IMG/VR virus record: IMGVR_UViG_3300043400_000036
Coordinates: 1 to 39,122 of that record
Origin: a virus
Lineage: Duplodnaviria > Caudoviricetes
DNA: 39,122 bases
Direction: 5' to 3' (one strand)
Positions 1-9,295 of the stretch are shown here, piece by piece (position 1 is the first letter of the stretch; every line of letters starts with the position of its first letter). The position numbers were made by a program, and so were the translations under genes. The notes beneath the pieces were generated by a model. The model saw only the letters and a program-made list of their open reading frames with translations. It was not told where the DNA came from and searched no databases.

Positions 1-513
1 GACCGGCGTGTTGTCGATCGTGTTCATCGTCCGGCGCAGCGAGTAGTGCTGCAGGAACGCCTGCACCGGCGTCAGCGGCATGTCCGGACCAACAGGCAGC
101 CGGTCATCGTACTGCAGCGTGTCCGGGACGGGCTCCCCCGCCTCCAGGTCTTCCACGCGGATGCCCGGCACCTCGCCCCCGTGCAGCAGCGTGCGCACCA
201 CGTCCGGCAGCAGTGCCAGATCCGCTTCGGTGGCCGGCGCCAGCGTGAACGGCGAGCTGATGCGCGGCTGGTACCGCTTGATGATGCTGCCCAGGTTGAC
301 GGTGGTCATCGGCATCGCCTGCTGGGCCATGTCCTGCATCATCAGCCCGTAGTGCCACATCGTCGTCACGTCCGACGCCTCGGACGGACAGCACTTGTGC
401 CCAGGGTTGCCGATGGCATACAGGGAGCCGCGCTCGGCCCACCAGGCGTGCTCCGTGTCTTCGCAGGTATGGGGCGTCTTGTCGTCCCATCGGACAGTGG
501 TTTTGTATCGCAT
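1..513 (-). CDS. hypothetical protein, partial (runs off the left edge)
   Basis: My translation of the minus strand from ATG at 513 (MRYKTTVRWDDKTPHTCEDTEHAWW...NTIDNTPV) is open to position 1. It is absent from the ORF track because it has no stop, and it follows the helicase on the same strand. Confidence 0.6.
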   Translation of the reverse strand, partial: MRYKTTVRWDDKTPHTCEDTEHAWWAERGSLYAIGNPGHKCCPSEASDVTTMWHYGLMMQDMAQQAMPMTTVNLGSIIKRYQPRISSPFTLAPATEADLALLPDVVRTLLHGGEVPGIRVEDLEAGEPVPDTLQYDDRLPVGPDMPLTPVQAFLQHYSLRRTMNTIDNTPV

Positions 514-545
514 GACTGTATGATGCCTGTGTAGTGTGGTGCTTG

Positions 546-2114
546 TCAAGCAAGCATGTCGTCAGTGATCGACATGATCGCGGCCTGCAGGCGCTCGGCG
601 CTGTCCAGCCCCTCGAAGAGTTTGCGCTCTGCCAGCGTGGCGTACAGGTGGAACACCGTGGTGGGCAGCTTCTGCCCGTTGCGGTCGATCCGGGCGTTCG
701 CCTGCTGGTACGTGTCGCTCTTGTCCGGGGGGCAGTACCATATGAGCTGGTCGCACGCGGTCTGCGTGATCCCGTGGGCCATCGTCGAACCGACCGCCAC
801 GATGCCTGCCGCGTCGCCGTGCTGCACCGCGTCGAACGCGGCTTTGCGCTCCTTCAGCGCCACGTCGCCGTAAACCAGCAGGAACCCCTGCGCCTTGAGC
901 CGGGCGTGCAGCGCGACTGCGACGTTCTTAAACGGGACCATGACGAGGGACTTGCCGGCGGCGCTGGCAGCCAGGATGCGCTCCAGCTCCTTGAACCGTG
1001 GCGCGTCGTCCACATGCACCACGGCCTTGTCCTCGCCGTAGACCGCGCCGGCTGCGATCTGGCGCAGCTTGGTGGCGATGGCCGACTTGTGGACGGCCGT
1101 GATTCGCACCCCCGAATCGAGCGTGGCCTTCGCCTCGGCCTTCAGCGACTGCATGGCCGTTTCCTGCGCAGCCGACAGCGGCACGCGCAGGAATTCCTTC
1201 GTGCAGGGTGGCAGGTTCTTCAGCACGTCGCGCTTGCGCACGATGAACGAGGGGGAAAGGGCCTTCGCCACCTTCGCAGCCGCGTTGTCGCGGGGCACCC
1301 ACTTGAACGGGCCGCGCTTTTCCATCACCCGGAACTTCCACTCCCCTTCCGTGGTGGGCACCGTCCATGGCGTGAACGTGCGGGCCTGCCCGTAGGCGTC
1401 TTCGGGGCTTTGCGGCGTCGGCGCCCCGGTCAGCGCCCAGGCGTACCGCGCATTCGCCACCAGCGGCGCGACGCACTGGGTCCGCTGGGCCTGCCAGTTC
1501 TTGAGCATGACCGTCTCGTCGCAGATGATGATCTGGTCCTTGGCGAACACCGCCAGCTCCTTGGCGATCACCCCTACCCCCTCGTAGTTGATGATGGCCC
1601 ACTGCGGGGACATCGCCAGGGCGTCAAGGCGCTGCTTCTTTGACCCGCTCAACAGCGCGGTGCGGTGCTGGGGGCCGAGCCGGTGGATGTGCTCGGCCCA
1701 CACATCGTCCAGCGTGCTGTTGACGCTGATCACCAGCACCCGCTTGGCTCGGCCGATGCGCATCAGGTAGTCGGCCGCCCACGCCGCGCAGAACGTCTTG
1801 CTGGTGCCTTGCTCCATCAGCAGGTACGCCCTGCGGCGCGTCACCAGGAACGAGGTGGCCGTGAACTGGTGCTCCATCACGTCCCAGGGGGCGGGGATCG
1901 GCCAGTGGTAATCGCGCACCATCGGCGACTCGTTCGGCAGGTCGAGGGCGGACAGCACATCGCACGTCGCCAGATCCCACGGCGCCAGCAGCCCGTCCTC
2001 CCCCGCGTCCTTCACGCCGGGGATCAGGTCCAGCAGGTTCTGCCGCAGCGCCGGAGGCGGCGTGATCAGGCACCACTTGTGGTCCTGAAACGGGAGGACT
2101 TCAAAGCCGTTCAT
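546..2114 (-). CDS. SNF2-like (SF2) helicase
   Basis: Motif I MEQGTSKT, motif II IICDET, motif III ALTGAP, and C-terminal HGIT...QANARIDRNGQ. Start reassigned to MNGFEV (ATG 2114), which overlaps the upstream stop (ATGA). Confidence 0.9.
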   Translation of the reverse strand: MNGFEVLPFQDHKWCLITPPPALRQNLLDLIPGVKDAGEDGLLAPWDLATCDVLSALDLPNESPMVRDYHWPIPAPWDVMEHQFTATSFLVTRRRAYLLMEQGTSKTFCAAWAADYLMRIGRAKRVLVISVNSTLDDVWAEHIHRLGPQHRTALLSGSKKQRLDALAMSPQWAIINYEGVGVIAKELAVFAKDQIIICDETVMLKNWQAQRTQCVAPLVANARYAWALTGAPTPQSPEDAYGQARTFTPWTVPTTEGEWKFRVMEKRGPFKWVPRDNAAAKVAKALSPSFIVRKRDVLKNLPPCTKEFLRVPLSAAQETAMQSLKAEAKATLDSGVRITAVHKSAIATKLRQIAAGAVYGEDKAVVHVDDAPRFKELERILAASAAGKSLVMVPFKNVAVALHARLKAQGFLLVYGDVALKERKAAFDAVQHGDAAGIVAVGSTMAHGITQTACDQLIWYCPPDKSDTYQQANARIDRNGQKLPTTVFHLYATLAERKLFEGLDSAERLQAAIMSITDDMLA

Positions 2115-2800
2115 GCTGGACGATGCGGGCAGCTCTTGACCGAACACCAGCCGCACAGCTTCGAGGGCTTCGGCTCCCACTTCCCGCTGTCGGCCACGGC
2201 CTGCACCTCGGCTGGCCGCTCGATCAGCCAGGTCCGGCGCAGGGCGGGGAGCTGGTCGCGGGTGTTGAGGTGCGGGTGATTCGGCGGCACCACCTCGCCG
2301 TGGTGCAGGAACACGATGCGTCCATGCACCTCGTTGACCTGCGGGTGCGCGGTCATGATTGCCAGCGCGGCGATGTCGAGCTGTTCCGGTTTCGCGTAGC
2401 GCACCGCGTTTTTCGACGTCCCCGCTTTCCAGTCCACGCACTTCGCCACCGACCCGTCGATCTTGAACGTGTCGATCGCGCCGAGCGCCACCTTGGTCCG
2501 GTCGAACCAGTTGGTCGGCGTGCCGTCTGCACGCAGCGCGAACTTCCACTCGGAGAAGAGCTGACCGGGTTTGGCCCGCCATGCTTCGACCACCGGGGCG
2601 TACTCGTGCGCGGTGGACCCGAACGGGATCGGCTGCCCGCCCGCGAGGGCCGCATCGATCGCCTGGTGGATCACGTCCCCGGCGGCGGCTTCGGGCCCCT
2701 GGACGTAGGGGATGTCCTTCACCACCTTCAGGTGGTAATACTGCTTTGGGCACTGCTTGAACAGCTCCCAGGACGAGAACGAGAGGGCGGGGATCTTCAT
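2111..2800 (-). CDS. PD-(D/E)XK exonuclease, Cas4/RecB-like, with four-Cys cluster
   Basis: SFSS..F.QCP, G..IH, GAID...VDWK, QL, and C-terminal CGWC...C. This layout is typical of phage replication-module nucleases. Confidence 0.85.
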   Translation of the reverse strand: MKIPALSFSSWELFKQCPKQYYHLKVVKDIPYVQGPEAAAGDVIHQAIDAALAGGQPIPFGSTAHEYAPVVEAWRAKPGQLFSEWKFALRADGTPTNWFDRTKVALGAIDTFKIDGSVAKCVDWKAGTSKNAVRYAKPEQLDIAALAIMTAHPQVNEVHGRIVFLHHGEVVPPNHPHLNTRDQLPALRRTWLIERPAEVQAVADSGKWEPKPSKLCGWCSVKSCPHRPA

Positions 2801-3261
2801 GCTGTGAACTCGATGTGCGGGGAAAAACGCAGCGGCCAGCCGGGGGCGAACAACCCACGCCCCCGCCAGTACGCCAGGAAGGTCTGCTCGCGGCCGGCGG
2901 TGGTGTCGTCGGCGTAGACCTCAGGGGCGGCGCTGCGCAGCAGCTCGGCCACCTGCCAGATGTTGTTGAGCACCAGCCCCTGCTGCACGCCCTGCACCAG
3001 CGCCAGCACCGGGCCGTTAAGCGTGAGGCGCAGCGGTGCCGGGGGGTGCTTCGCGGAGGTCAGGCGCAGTGCCGATGCCCGGGTGGCTGGGCGGCACACC
3101 AGCTCCCCGGCGCGGCGCAGGCGGTTGAGCGTCGCGTGCAGCGAGGCTCGTGTGACGCTCGGGCGCTGGCGCTGCACGCGCTCCAGCAGCTCTGAGTGGG
3201 TGAGGTCGGTCGTCGCCAAGTGCTCGCGCACCAGGTCAGCGACCGTGACGGTCGTGGTCAT
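2797..3261 (-). CDS. hypothetical protein with possible N-terminal winged HTH
   Basis: LTHSELLERV...TRASLHATLNRLRRAGELV resembles a wHTH. GGAG RBS upstream; stop overlaps the next start. Confidence 0.55.
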   Translation of the reverse strand: MTTTVTVADLVREHLATTDLTHSELLERVQRQRPSVTRASLHATLNRLRRAGELVCRPATRASALRLTSAKHPPAPLRLTLNGPVLALVQGVQQGLVLNNIWQVAELLRSAAPEVYADDTTAGREQTFLAYWRGRGLFAPGWPLRFSPHIEFTA

Positions 3262-3288
3262 GGTCAGCTCCAGTAAATAGCCGTCACA

Positions 3289-5730
3289 TTATACATGCGC
3301 ATAGGACGGGCCGGGGCACGTTTTCTCTGCTTCGGCTTTGAGCGGCATGTCCTGCAGCCACGGCGGGGCCTCGTGCATGATGTCCAGCAGCCGGTCGCGC
3401 AGGAACTCGCCGAGCGACTGGTGGACCACGTAAATCAGCTCGTCGTGCGCGTGCCCGGCGGGGCGCACGCCGTACCGGCGGAGCATCTGCAGGGCCTGCC
3501 AGCCGATGATGTCGCGGGCGGTGCCCTGCACGAGGTTGGCGAACAGCTTGCCGGCGTACAGCTTCACGCGCCGCGCCACCACGCGCCCGTCCGGCAGCTC
3601 GTCGCGGCCCATGTAGCTCGTCACCTGTTCGCCGTCGATCAGGTCCGTCCGCAGGTCGCGGTAGTAGAGCCACCGGCCGCTGGGGAGCTGCACGCGCAGC
3701 GTCCGGGTACTGGTGCGTGCGTCCCAGTCCACTTCGCCGATGACGCTGCGCGTGAGCCGCCCGCAGCGCATGTACTCGTGCCCACCTTCGCGCCGCGCCG
3801 GTGCGCCGTGCGCCCACCGCAGCGCCCACTCGATCAGCTTCCCGCACACGCGCCACGCGGCCACCACATCGAGCATCTTGCCCCGGTAGGACCGGACGAT
3901 CATGTCCGCCTGTTCGTCCGACTCGTAGACACCCGCCTTTTTCAACTGCTTGGCGATCGACTTGGCACCGGCGCCGAAGCCGCAGTTGTGGACCAGTACC
4001 CCGGACACGGTGAACCGATGCCGGGGGCCTGCGTTCACGATGTCATAGACTGCAACCGGGCCGCGATGTCGCGCCACGCCTTTCGCTCGTGCGCCGCCGC
4101 GAGCAGCAGCAGCCGGTACGCCGTGTTCTGTGCGTAGGGCCACGGCAGCAGCTCCCACCCCGGTACTGACAAGCCGGTACCCGGCTGCAGCAGCTCGCGC
4201 CAGTGGGACAGCGCCGGCCTCGTGTGTCCAGACAACATGGTCGGGCGTGGCCGAAAGCCCCGCAAACTCGATGACATCCTGCACTCCGTTGCGTACCACT
4301 CCGTCGTGGCGAACCCACTCTACACCGTCCCAGACCCGCATGGCTTGCGTTACTTTCTCAATCGGCACCTGGCCCTGGTCGGTCAGTACCAGCGAGCCGT
4401 GCGCGATGCACGAAAGAATCTCTGTTTTACCGATCTGCCGGTCCCGCTTGTCCTTCTTCGTGACATGACGCCCCAGCGTCGCAGACGCCGCGATGCTGTA
4501 CACATCCTCGTCGTGCCGGAACTGGTTCACCAGGTTGGTCTGCCCCGCGATCAGTGCCACCACCCGCGCCTCGATGGCCCCGCTATCCGCCGCGATGACC
4601 ACATGGTCGTGCCGGGCGGGGCGGTGGCACCGGCGCAGGGCCTCCTGATCCTCAGGGGTTTCGGCGCTTCGGTTCTTTGGAAGGTTTTGCTGGTTCAACC
4701 CGGCCTGCGCCGACCATCGCCCGCTCGCCACCGCCCCCTGCCAGATGGTCGGCCAGCCGATCGGCCCACGCTCCCCGATGGCGAGGAACTTCGCAGCCCG
4801 GTTCGTCCGCATCGACGACTTCGATCCCAGCCGGGCATCCACCAGGTCGCTGACCGCCGGGTTCTCGTGCTCGCGCAGCGCCAGGAAATCCTCGTCGTCC
4901 TTCGCAAACGCGAACGTCTCCTTGCCGGTGCGCGGCGAAATTTTCATCGGCGGGTCGATCCCGAGCGACTGCAAGAGCTTCGCGGTCTTTGGTCCGCTGT
5001 TGAGCATCTTGGACAGCTCGGCGGGGGCGATCAGCAGCTTGGCGCCCAGGCGATGCAGGCGCTCGGCGTCCTCGCGCTGCAGGCGGACCAGCTCGGGGCG
5101 CAGGATGGTCGTGTCGAAGTGCCAGTTGCCCCGCACGGTGCAGTCCAGCGTGAGCGCCAGCAGGTCCAGCTCGTCCTGCCCCCAGTCGGTCCCCGCGAAG
5201 AACCGATCGTGCAGCGCCCGGTACAGCTCCAGCGCCAGGTAGGTGTCGTTGAGGCAGTAGCCGCCGTACCTGAGCCGCTGGTCGGTGCTCATGTCCGCGA
5301 GTCGCACACCGTCCATGTGGCTCACCTCGTCGCCCTTGTCGGTCAGCCCGAAATACCGCGCCAGCGCCGCGAGCGACAGGCGCTCACCGGCGGGCACGAA
5401 CGGGCGGGCCATGTCGCGGGTGCAGGCGATGGCGCCGGGCATGACGCCGAAGCGGTCGTGCAGGATGAACGAGTCGAAGTAGGCGTGTTGGGCCACAACA
5501 CACGCCTTCTCCAGCGCCGCGTGCGCGAGCCACACCCGCACCTCCAGCTCGCCCCACAGCAGGCGCTCAGATCCGCCGTTGCGCAGGTCCACCACCGACA
5601 AGCAGATCACTTCAAACCGCTTGTCGCGCACGTACTCTTCGATCGTCAGCTTCCGCAGGGTGTACCCCTCGGCGGTGTGGTAGTACGTCTCGAAGTCGAG
5701 GCCCACCAGGGGCAGCCCCAGCGGCGTCAC
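3289..5730 (-). CDS. polA: family A DNA polymerase with 3'-5' exonuclease, intein-containing
   Basis: ExoI DFET, ExoII HAYFD, ExoIII YCLND; SGRWS...NQQN; motif A DSGAIEAR; motif B RQIGKTEILS/CGFG split by the intein; motif C HDEL. GTG start at 5730 overlaps the VRR-NUC stop. Confidence 0.95.
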   Translation of the reverse strand: MTPLGLPLVGLDFETYYHTAEGYTLRKLTIEEYVRDKRFEVICLSVVDLRNGGSERLLWGELEVRVWLAHAALEKACVVAQHAYFDSFILHDRFGVMPGAIACTRDMARPFVPAGERLSLAALARYFGLTDKGDEVSHMDGVRLADMSTDQRLRYGGYCLNDTYLALELYRALHDRFFAGTDWGQDELDLLALTLDCTVRGNWHFDTTILRPELVRLQREDAERLHRLGAKLLIAPAELSKMLNSGPKTAKLLQSLGIDPPMKISPRTGKETFAFAKDDEDFLALREHENPAVSDLVDARLGSKSSMRTNRAAKFLAIGERGPIGWPTIWQGAVASGRWSAQAGLNQQNLPKNRSAETPEDQEALRRCHRPARHDHVVIAADSGAIEARVVALIAGQTNLVNQFRHDEDVYSIAASATLGRHVTKKDKRDRQIGKTEILSCIAHGSLVLTDQGQVPIEKVTQAMRVWDGVEWVRHDGVVRNGVQDVIEFAGLSATPDHVVWTHEAGAVPLARAAAAGYRLVSTGVGAAAVALRTEHGVPAAAARGGARAKGVARHRGPVAVYDIVNAGPRHRFTVSGVLVHNCGFGAGAKSIAKQLKKAGVYESDEQADMIVRSYRGKMLDVVAAWRVCGKLIEWALRWAHGAPARREGGHEYMRCGRLTRSVIGEVDWDARTSTRTLRVQLPSGRWLYYRDLRTDLIDGEQVTSYMGRDELPDGRVVARRVKLYAGKLFANLVQGTARDIIGWQALQMLRRYGVRPAGHAHDELIYVVHQSLGEFLRDRLLDIMHEAPPWLQDMPLKAEAEKTCPGPSYAHV
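3985..4410 (-). mobile_element. mini-intein (142 aa, no endonuclease) in PolA motif B
   Basis: Block A CIAHGSLVLT, block B ATPDHVVW, block F VYDI, block G VLVHN followed by +1 Cys. Removing it restores GKTEILSCGFG. Confidence 0.93.
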
Positions 5731-6218
5731 AGGCGCACCTTCGGGGGCTTCGGGCGGGCCGCCGGCTCGCCGTCCTGATCCACCGGCCCCGGCATCTTGC
5801 CACGCCAGGTCGAACACTCCAGGTGAATTCGCCGCACCAGTCGCTCCGCCGCCGCCTCGGCCGTGGCCTTCGTGGGGTGCTTGACCTGCAGCACGTAGCC
5901 CAGGCCGCCCGACGCGCAGGTCGCCTGCAGGAAGTCCCACTGCTCGGGGGTGAGCGAGGTGTTGGCCTTCGCCTCCACCGCGACGAACGTGCCGCGCCAG
6001 TTGATGATCGCGTCAGCGATGCCGTCCGAGGTGTAGCCGGTGGCGACGATCGGGATGTGCTGCACCCCGTCGCACGCGGCCAGCCGCTCACGCAGGGCGG
6101 CCTTCACGATCGTCTCGGGCTTGGCGCCGCCGGTCGTCTTGCGTGTCTTCACCGGCGCGGGCGTGGCGGGTATCAGGCCCAGGCGGTGCTGCTGTTCGAT
6201 GGTAAGGGTGTTGGTCAT
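5727..6218 (-). CDS. VRR-NUC domain nuclease (Holliday-junction-resolvase-like)
   Basis: PE..VK, GIAD, FVAVEAKA, LTPEQ..FL, GG. Start MTNTLT overlaps the upstream stop. Confidence 0.88.
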   Translation of the reverse strand: MTNTLTIEQQHRLGLIPATPAPVKTRKTTGGAKPETIVKAALRERLAACDGVQHIPIVATGYTSDGIADAIINWRGTFVAVEAKANTSLTPEQWDFLQATCASGGLGYVLQVKHPTKATAEAAAERLVRRIHLECSTWRGKMPGPVDQDGEPAARPKPPKVRL

Positions 6219-6691
6219 TCGTAGGCTCCATAGCTGTGCAGGTCTACCGTGATCTTGACTGGTGTTCGGAATGGCGGGCACGGCGTCCGCAAGGTTACTT
6301 TGTCGATCAGCTCCAGCAGCTCGTCCACTGTGCCGGCATACCACTCGCCGGCCACCCGCCGGGCCGCGAACTGCTTGTGGATCGCCTTCTCGGCCTGCAC
6401 GCTCGACAAACGGTTGTCGTTCGGGTCGAGTACTGTGAACACCGCCGCCAGGCGCAGACCCGGATCTGCGGTGCGCAGGCCCCGCTCGCGCCGCTGTGGG
6501 TCCGCCGTCCGCCCGATCTTCACACGCCCCGGCGTGCTGCCCACCGCGAGGTACAGCACGACGCTGTTACTCCAGTCGTTGAAGCTGCGGCTCGGCTCTC
6601 GCGTCACCGCGCCCAGCGCGGCGAAGAACGTTGGGGCGATGTCCTCGGCCAGCACCGCCCCGGCGGTGCGTGTGCCCAGGTTGGCGGTCAC
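6215..6691 (-). CDS. T5orf172/MUG113-family GIY-YIG protein
   Basis: VLYL...VKIGRT.DPQRR..L.T, E..IH.QF..RRVAGEWY. GTG start at 6691 overlaps the TGA at 6688. Confidence 0.85.
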   Translation of the reverse strand: MTANLGTRTAGAVLAEDIAPTFFAALGAVTREPSRSFNDWSNSVVLYLAVGSTPGRVKIGRTADPQRRERGLRTADPGLRLAAVFTVLDPNDNRLSSVQAEKAIHKQFAARRVAGEWYAGTVDELLELIDKVTLRTPCPPFRTPVKITVDLHSYGAYE

Positions 6692-7499
6692 GCGCTGCCC
6701 TTCGCCGTGCTGGCGTGGGCCAGCGCGAGGTCCAGCAGCTCGGTGGCCTTGTCCGCGTACCAATGCGGGGCAGTTTCGCGCTGGTTCTTCTCGTTCGTGA
6801 CGTTCTTGCCGTACTCCAGGCCCTGTCCGTGACCGACTTGAAGTGCGCGACGCCGGTGATGCTGGACGCGCTCGGGCGGGTGCGCGATTCCAGCAGCCCC
6901 ATCTCGACCAGCACCTCGTTCACCTCGGCCACGAGTTTCGTGCTGACCTTCGCCGGGAAGTTGCGCCGGGCCTTCTCGTCCTTCAGGAGCTGCAGCATCG
7001 ACACCGTGGGCCGTGACGATCCCCGCGTCGTCAGTTCGCTCGGCGGGGCGTCCACGGCGTAGCCGGGCAGGAGGGGCAGGTACTCGGGGGCTTTGAGCGC
7101 CAGCGCCTGCCGCACCGTGCCCAGCGCCGCCGAACCTTCCAGGCGCAGGTGCTGGTTCAACAGCGCCGCGAATTGCATGGCAGCCACCTCGGGGGGACAC
7201 GCCAGGGGGGTGTGTTGGGTGGCGCGTGGCTCCAGCTCCTGCCATCGATCGATGATCTTGGCACGCAGGCGAACGGAATAGCCGGATACGAGGATCAGGC
7301 ACTCGCGTTTTGGGAGGTTGAACAGCGGCAGGGACTTGTTCTGTTCACTCATGTAGGAGCCTGCAAAACTGCTGGCTCCTACCTCAAGCTGTTCGAGCAT
7401 GGTGCGGATGTCGCGCATCACGTCCGCGTGGTTTTTCCCTGTCAGTTCCGCTATTTCGCGGGACGACATCGTGGTTTGGGTGTTGATCAGTTGGTTCAC
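6688..7499 (-). pseudogene. Rha-family regulator / antirepressor-like gene with a 1-nt frameshift near 6824
   Basis: N-terminal Rha motif TMSSREIAELTGK.H..VMRDIR...SGYS..LR.KIIDRW. The C-terminal antirepressor-like segment FKSVTD / GLEYGKNVTNEKNQRETAPHWY lies across two frames. Could be an assembly error. Confidence 0.75.
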
Positions 7500-7624
7500 G
7501 TCAGTTCCTTATGAGCGGTAAAATAGCGGTGTTGGTGCGTTTCATCAACGCCTCGAATCGCCGCGCCGGGCGGTGAACACGTCGATCGCCGGGGGCGGTC
7601 CAGCGTGCCGTGCGAACGTGTGCT

Positions 7625-8338
7625 TCATCCCAGTTCTTCCTCACCGTCCAGCAGCGCCACGTCCAGCAGCGCCAGCTTCTCACGCCGCTGAATCTCCCGG
7701 TTCACGTACCAGGCCGCCTTGCGCAGATCCTCCAGGTCGGCCGGGCCAACCACCGCGACCGCGTGGTTCGACGCAGGCGGCTGAATGTACGCCGCCAGCT
7801 CGGGGTACAGCGTCAGCGCCTGCTTGTAGCCGCGCCCCGCCAGCGTGCGCACGATCGACTCGGTGAGCGAGGTGCGCTCGGTGAGCGCGGCGGCCAGCTC
7901 GTCGGCGACGCTGTTCGCGTCCACGATCGCCTGCCGCAGCGGTTGCGTGTCCAGGTTCAGCGCCTTGATGAGCGCATTCACATAGCAGTTAGCGCCGAAC
8001 ACACGGCCGACCTCGACCTCCGCCGGCACACGGGTCGGGAGCTGTAGACGCGGCACTGCTGTAGTGCCGCTTAGCACGTCGATGGTGCGTTGGTACGTGC
8101 CGCCTCCTGCGGCGTTCATGCAGCCGAGCTGCACCAGCAGCTTGCGGGCGTCCCGCGCCTTGAGCGCCGTTGCGCCGGTCGTCAGTTCCGTCAGGACGCC
8201 CGCGCACAGAACGTCCATCTCGTGCTGCACCTTCTGCAGTGCGACTGCCCAGGGCTTCGTGTCCACTGGCGGCATGCTTGCCACCAGCCGCTTGGCAATG
8301 TCGCCCGCTCGTTCGTTCGTGATTTTCGTGCTCTTCAT
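7625..8338 (-). CDS. hypothetical protein, Nmad5-like, with DUF3310-like tail
   Basis: The KITNE..DIA N-terminus and KQALTLYPELAAYIQP resemble Nmad5. EDLRKAAWYVNREI resembles the DUF3310 C-terminal motif. Recognised from memory only. Confidence 0.45.
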   Translation of the reverse strand: MKSTKITNERAGDIAKRLVASMPPVDTKPWAVALQKVQHEMDVLCAGVLTELTTGATALKARDARKLLVQLGCMNAAGGGTYQRTIDVLSGTTAVPRLQLPTRVPAEVEVGRVFGANCYVNALIKALNLDTQPLRQAIVDANSVADELAAALTERTSLTESIVRTLAGRGYKQALTLYPELAAYIQPPASNHAVAVVGPADLEDLRKAAWYVNREIQRREKLALLDVALLDGEEELG

Positions 8339-8348
8339 GGGGGTACTT

Positions 8349-8510
8349 TCAAAAGGGGGTTGTCGCCAGCGTCCACGCGACGCGGGTGAGTACGGCGCAC
8401 CCTGCGCCGATCGCGAGGCCCGTCACCCACACAGGGCGCTCGGGCGTGAGGTGTGCCAGGCCGATCTGGACCAGCACGAACAGGAGGCCAGCCAGCAGGG
8501 TCAGCAGCAT
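8349..8510 (-). CDS. small membrane protein
   Basis: MLLTLLAGLLFVLVQIG...; two hydrophobic segments; packed within the operon. Confidence 0.5.
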   Translation of the reverse strand: MLLTLLAGLLFVLVQIGLAHLTPERPVWVTGLAIGAGCAVLTRVAWTLATTPF

Positions 8511-8713
8511 CGCCACACCCCCCGGATGCCCGTGTCCAGCAGGCAGCTCGCCACGAACGCCAGGGCCAGCCACACCAGGACCGCGCCAGCCGTCGGGCGC
8601 GACCGGCGGAACCGCGCCCAGTGCGCGACGGTCACGTAGGCGTCGATCCATAGACCGATCGCCAGGGCCAGCCCGAATCCGGCCATCGCCAGGGCCAGTA
8701 GGACGTCCGCCAT
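8501..8713 (-). CDS. small membrane protein
   Basis: MADVLLALAMAGFGLALAIG...; two hydrophobic segments; start overlaps the dUTPase stop (TGATG). Confidence 0.55.
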   Translation of the reverse strand: MADVLLALAMAGFGLALAIGLWIDAYVTVAHWARFRRSRPTAGAVLVWLALAFVASCLLDTGIRGVWRCC

Positions 8714-9231
8714 CACACCACCCCCGTCGAGCCGAACCCGCCGCGCTGCGCCGCCATGTGCTCGACCACTTCGACCGGCGGGCGCAGCGCGGGGATGATC
8801 AGGAGCTGGGCCACGCGATCCCACCGATTGAGTATCAGCGGCTCCGCCACGCCCGGCCGGGCGCGGTAGACCAGCGTGCCGCGCAGGAGCGAGGTGTAGC
8901 CCACGTCGATGACGCCGGTGCCGTTCACGAGCGTGAGCCCTCTCGCCCCCAGCCCGCTGCGCGGGACGATCAGGCCCGCGCCGACGACGGGCGGGTCTTC
9001 ATCGACCGCAAACAGGGGCGGGCTGCCCGGCTCGTCGAACGTCGTCGCGAGGTCTACGGCGATGTGGAACGTCACATCGATGACCGTGCCGTCGATCATG
9101 TACGCCGTGTCCACCTCGGGGTGGGCGAACTCGGCGATTCGCAGGTCGATGCCTGCGGACAGCGGGGTGCCGCGCAGGGCGGCGGGGTCGCGGAACTGGT
9201 CCGGGGTCTGGGGGTGGAAGCTGATGCGCAT
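8713..9231 (-). CDS. dut: trimeric dUTPase
   Basis: All five motifs present: AGIDL, PRSGL, GVIDVGY, DRVAQL, RGGFGSTG. Confidence 0.95.
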   Translation of the reverse strand: MRISFHPQTPDQFRDPAALRGTPLSAGIDLRIAEFAHPEVDTAYMIDGTVIDVTFHIAVDLATTFDEPGSPPLFAVDEDPPVVGAGLIVPRSGLGARGLTLVNGTGVIDVGYTSLLRGTLVYRARPGVAEPLILNRWDRVAQLLIIPALRPPVEVVEHMAAQRGGFGSTGVV

Positions 9232-9256
9232 GGGGTTCTCCGGTGAACGCGGTGCT

Positions 9257-9285
9257 ATGGTAACACCGCACTCGGGGCTTGTAAA
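9257..9285 (-). promoter_or_regulatory. sigma70-like promoter for the dut operon
   Basis: The minus strand reads TTTACA-17 nt-TACCAT with an extended TG, followed by a GGAG RBS. Confidence 0.6.
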
Positions 9286-9295
9286 GGGTTGCGCT

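Noticed and set aside
2111-2800. Cas4 as evidence of a CRISPR system
   Set aside because: It is a solo Cas4-like nuclease within a standard helicase/polymerase module.
2115-2858. N-terminal extensions of helicase, PolA, VRR-NUC and others in the ORF track
   Set aside because: They overlap well-supported upstream genes; coupled internal starts fit better.
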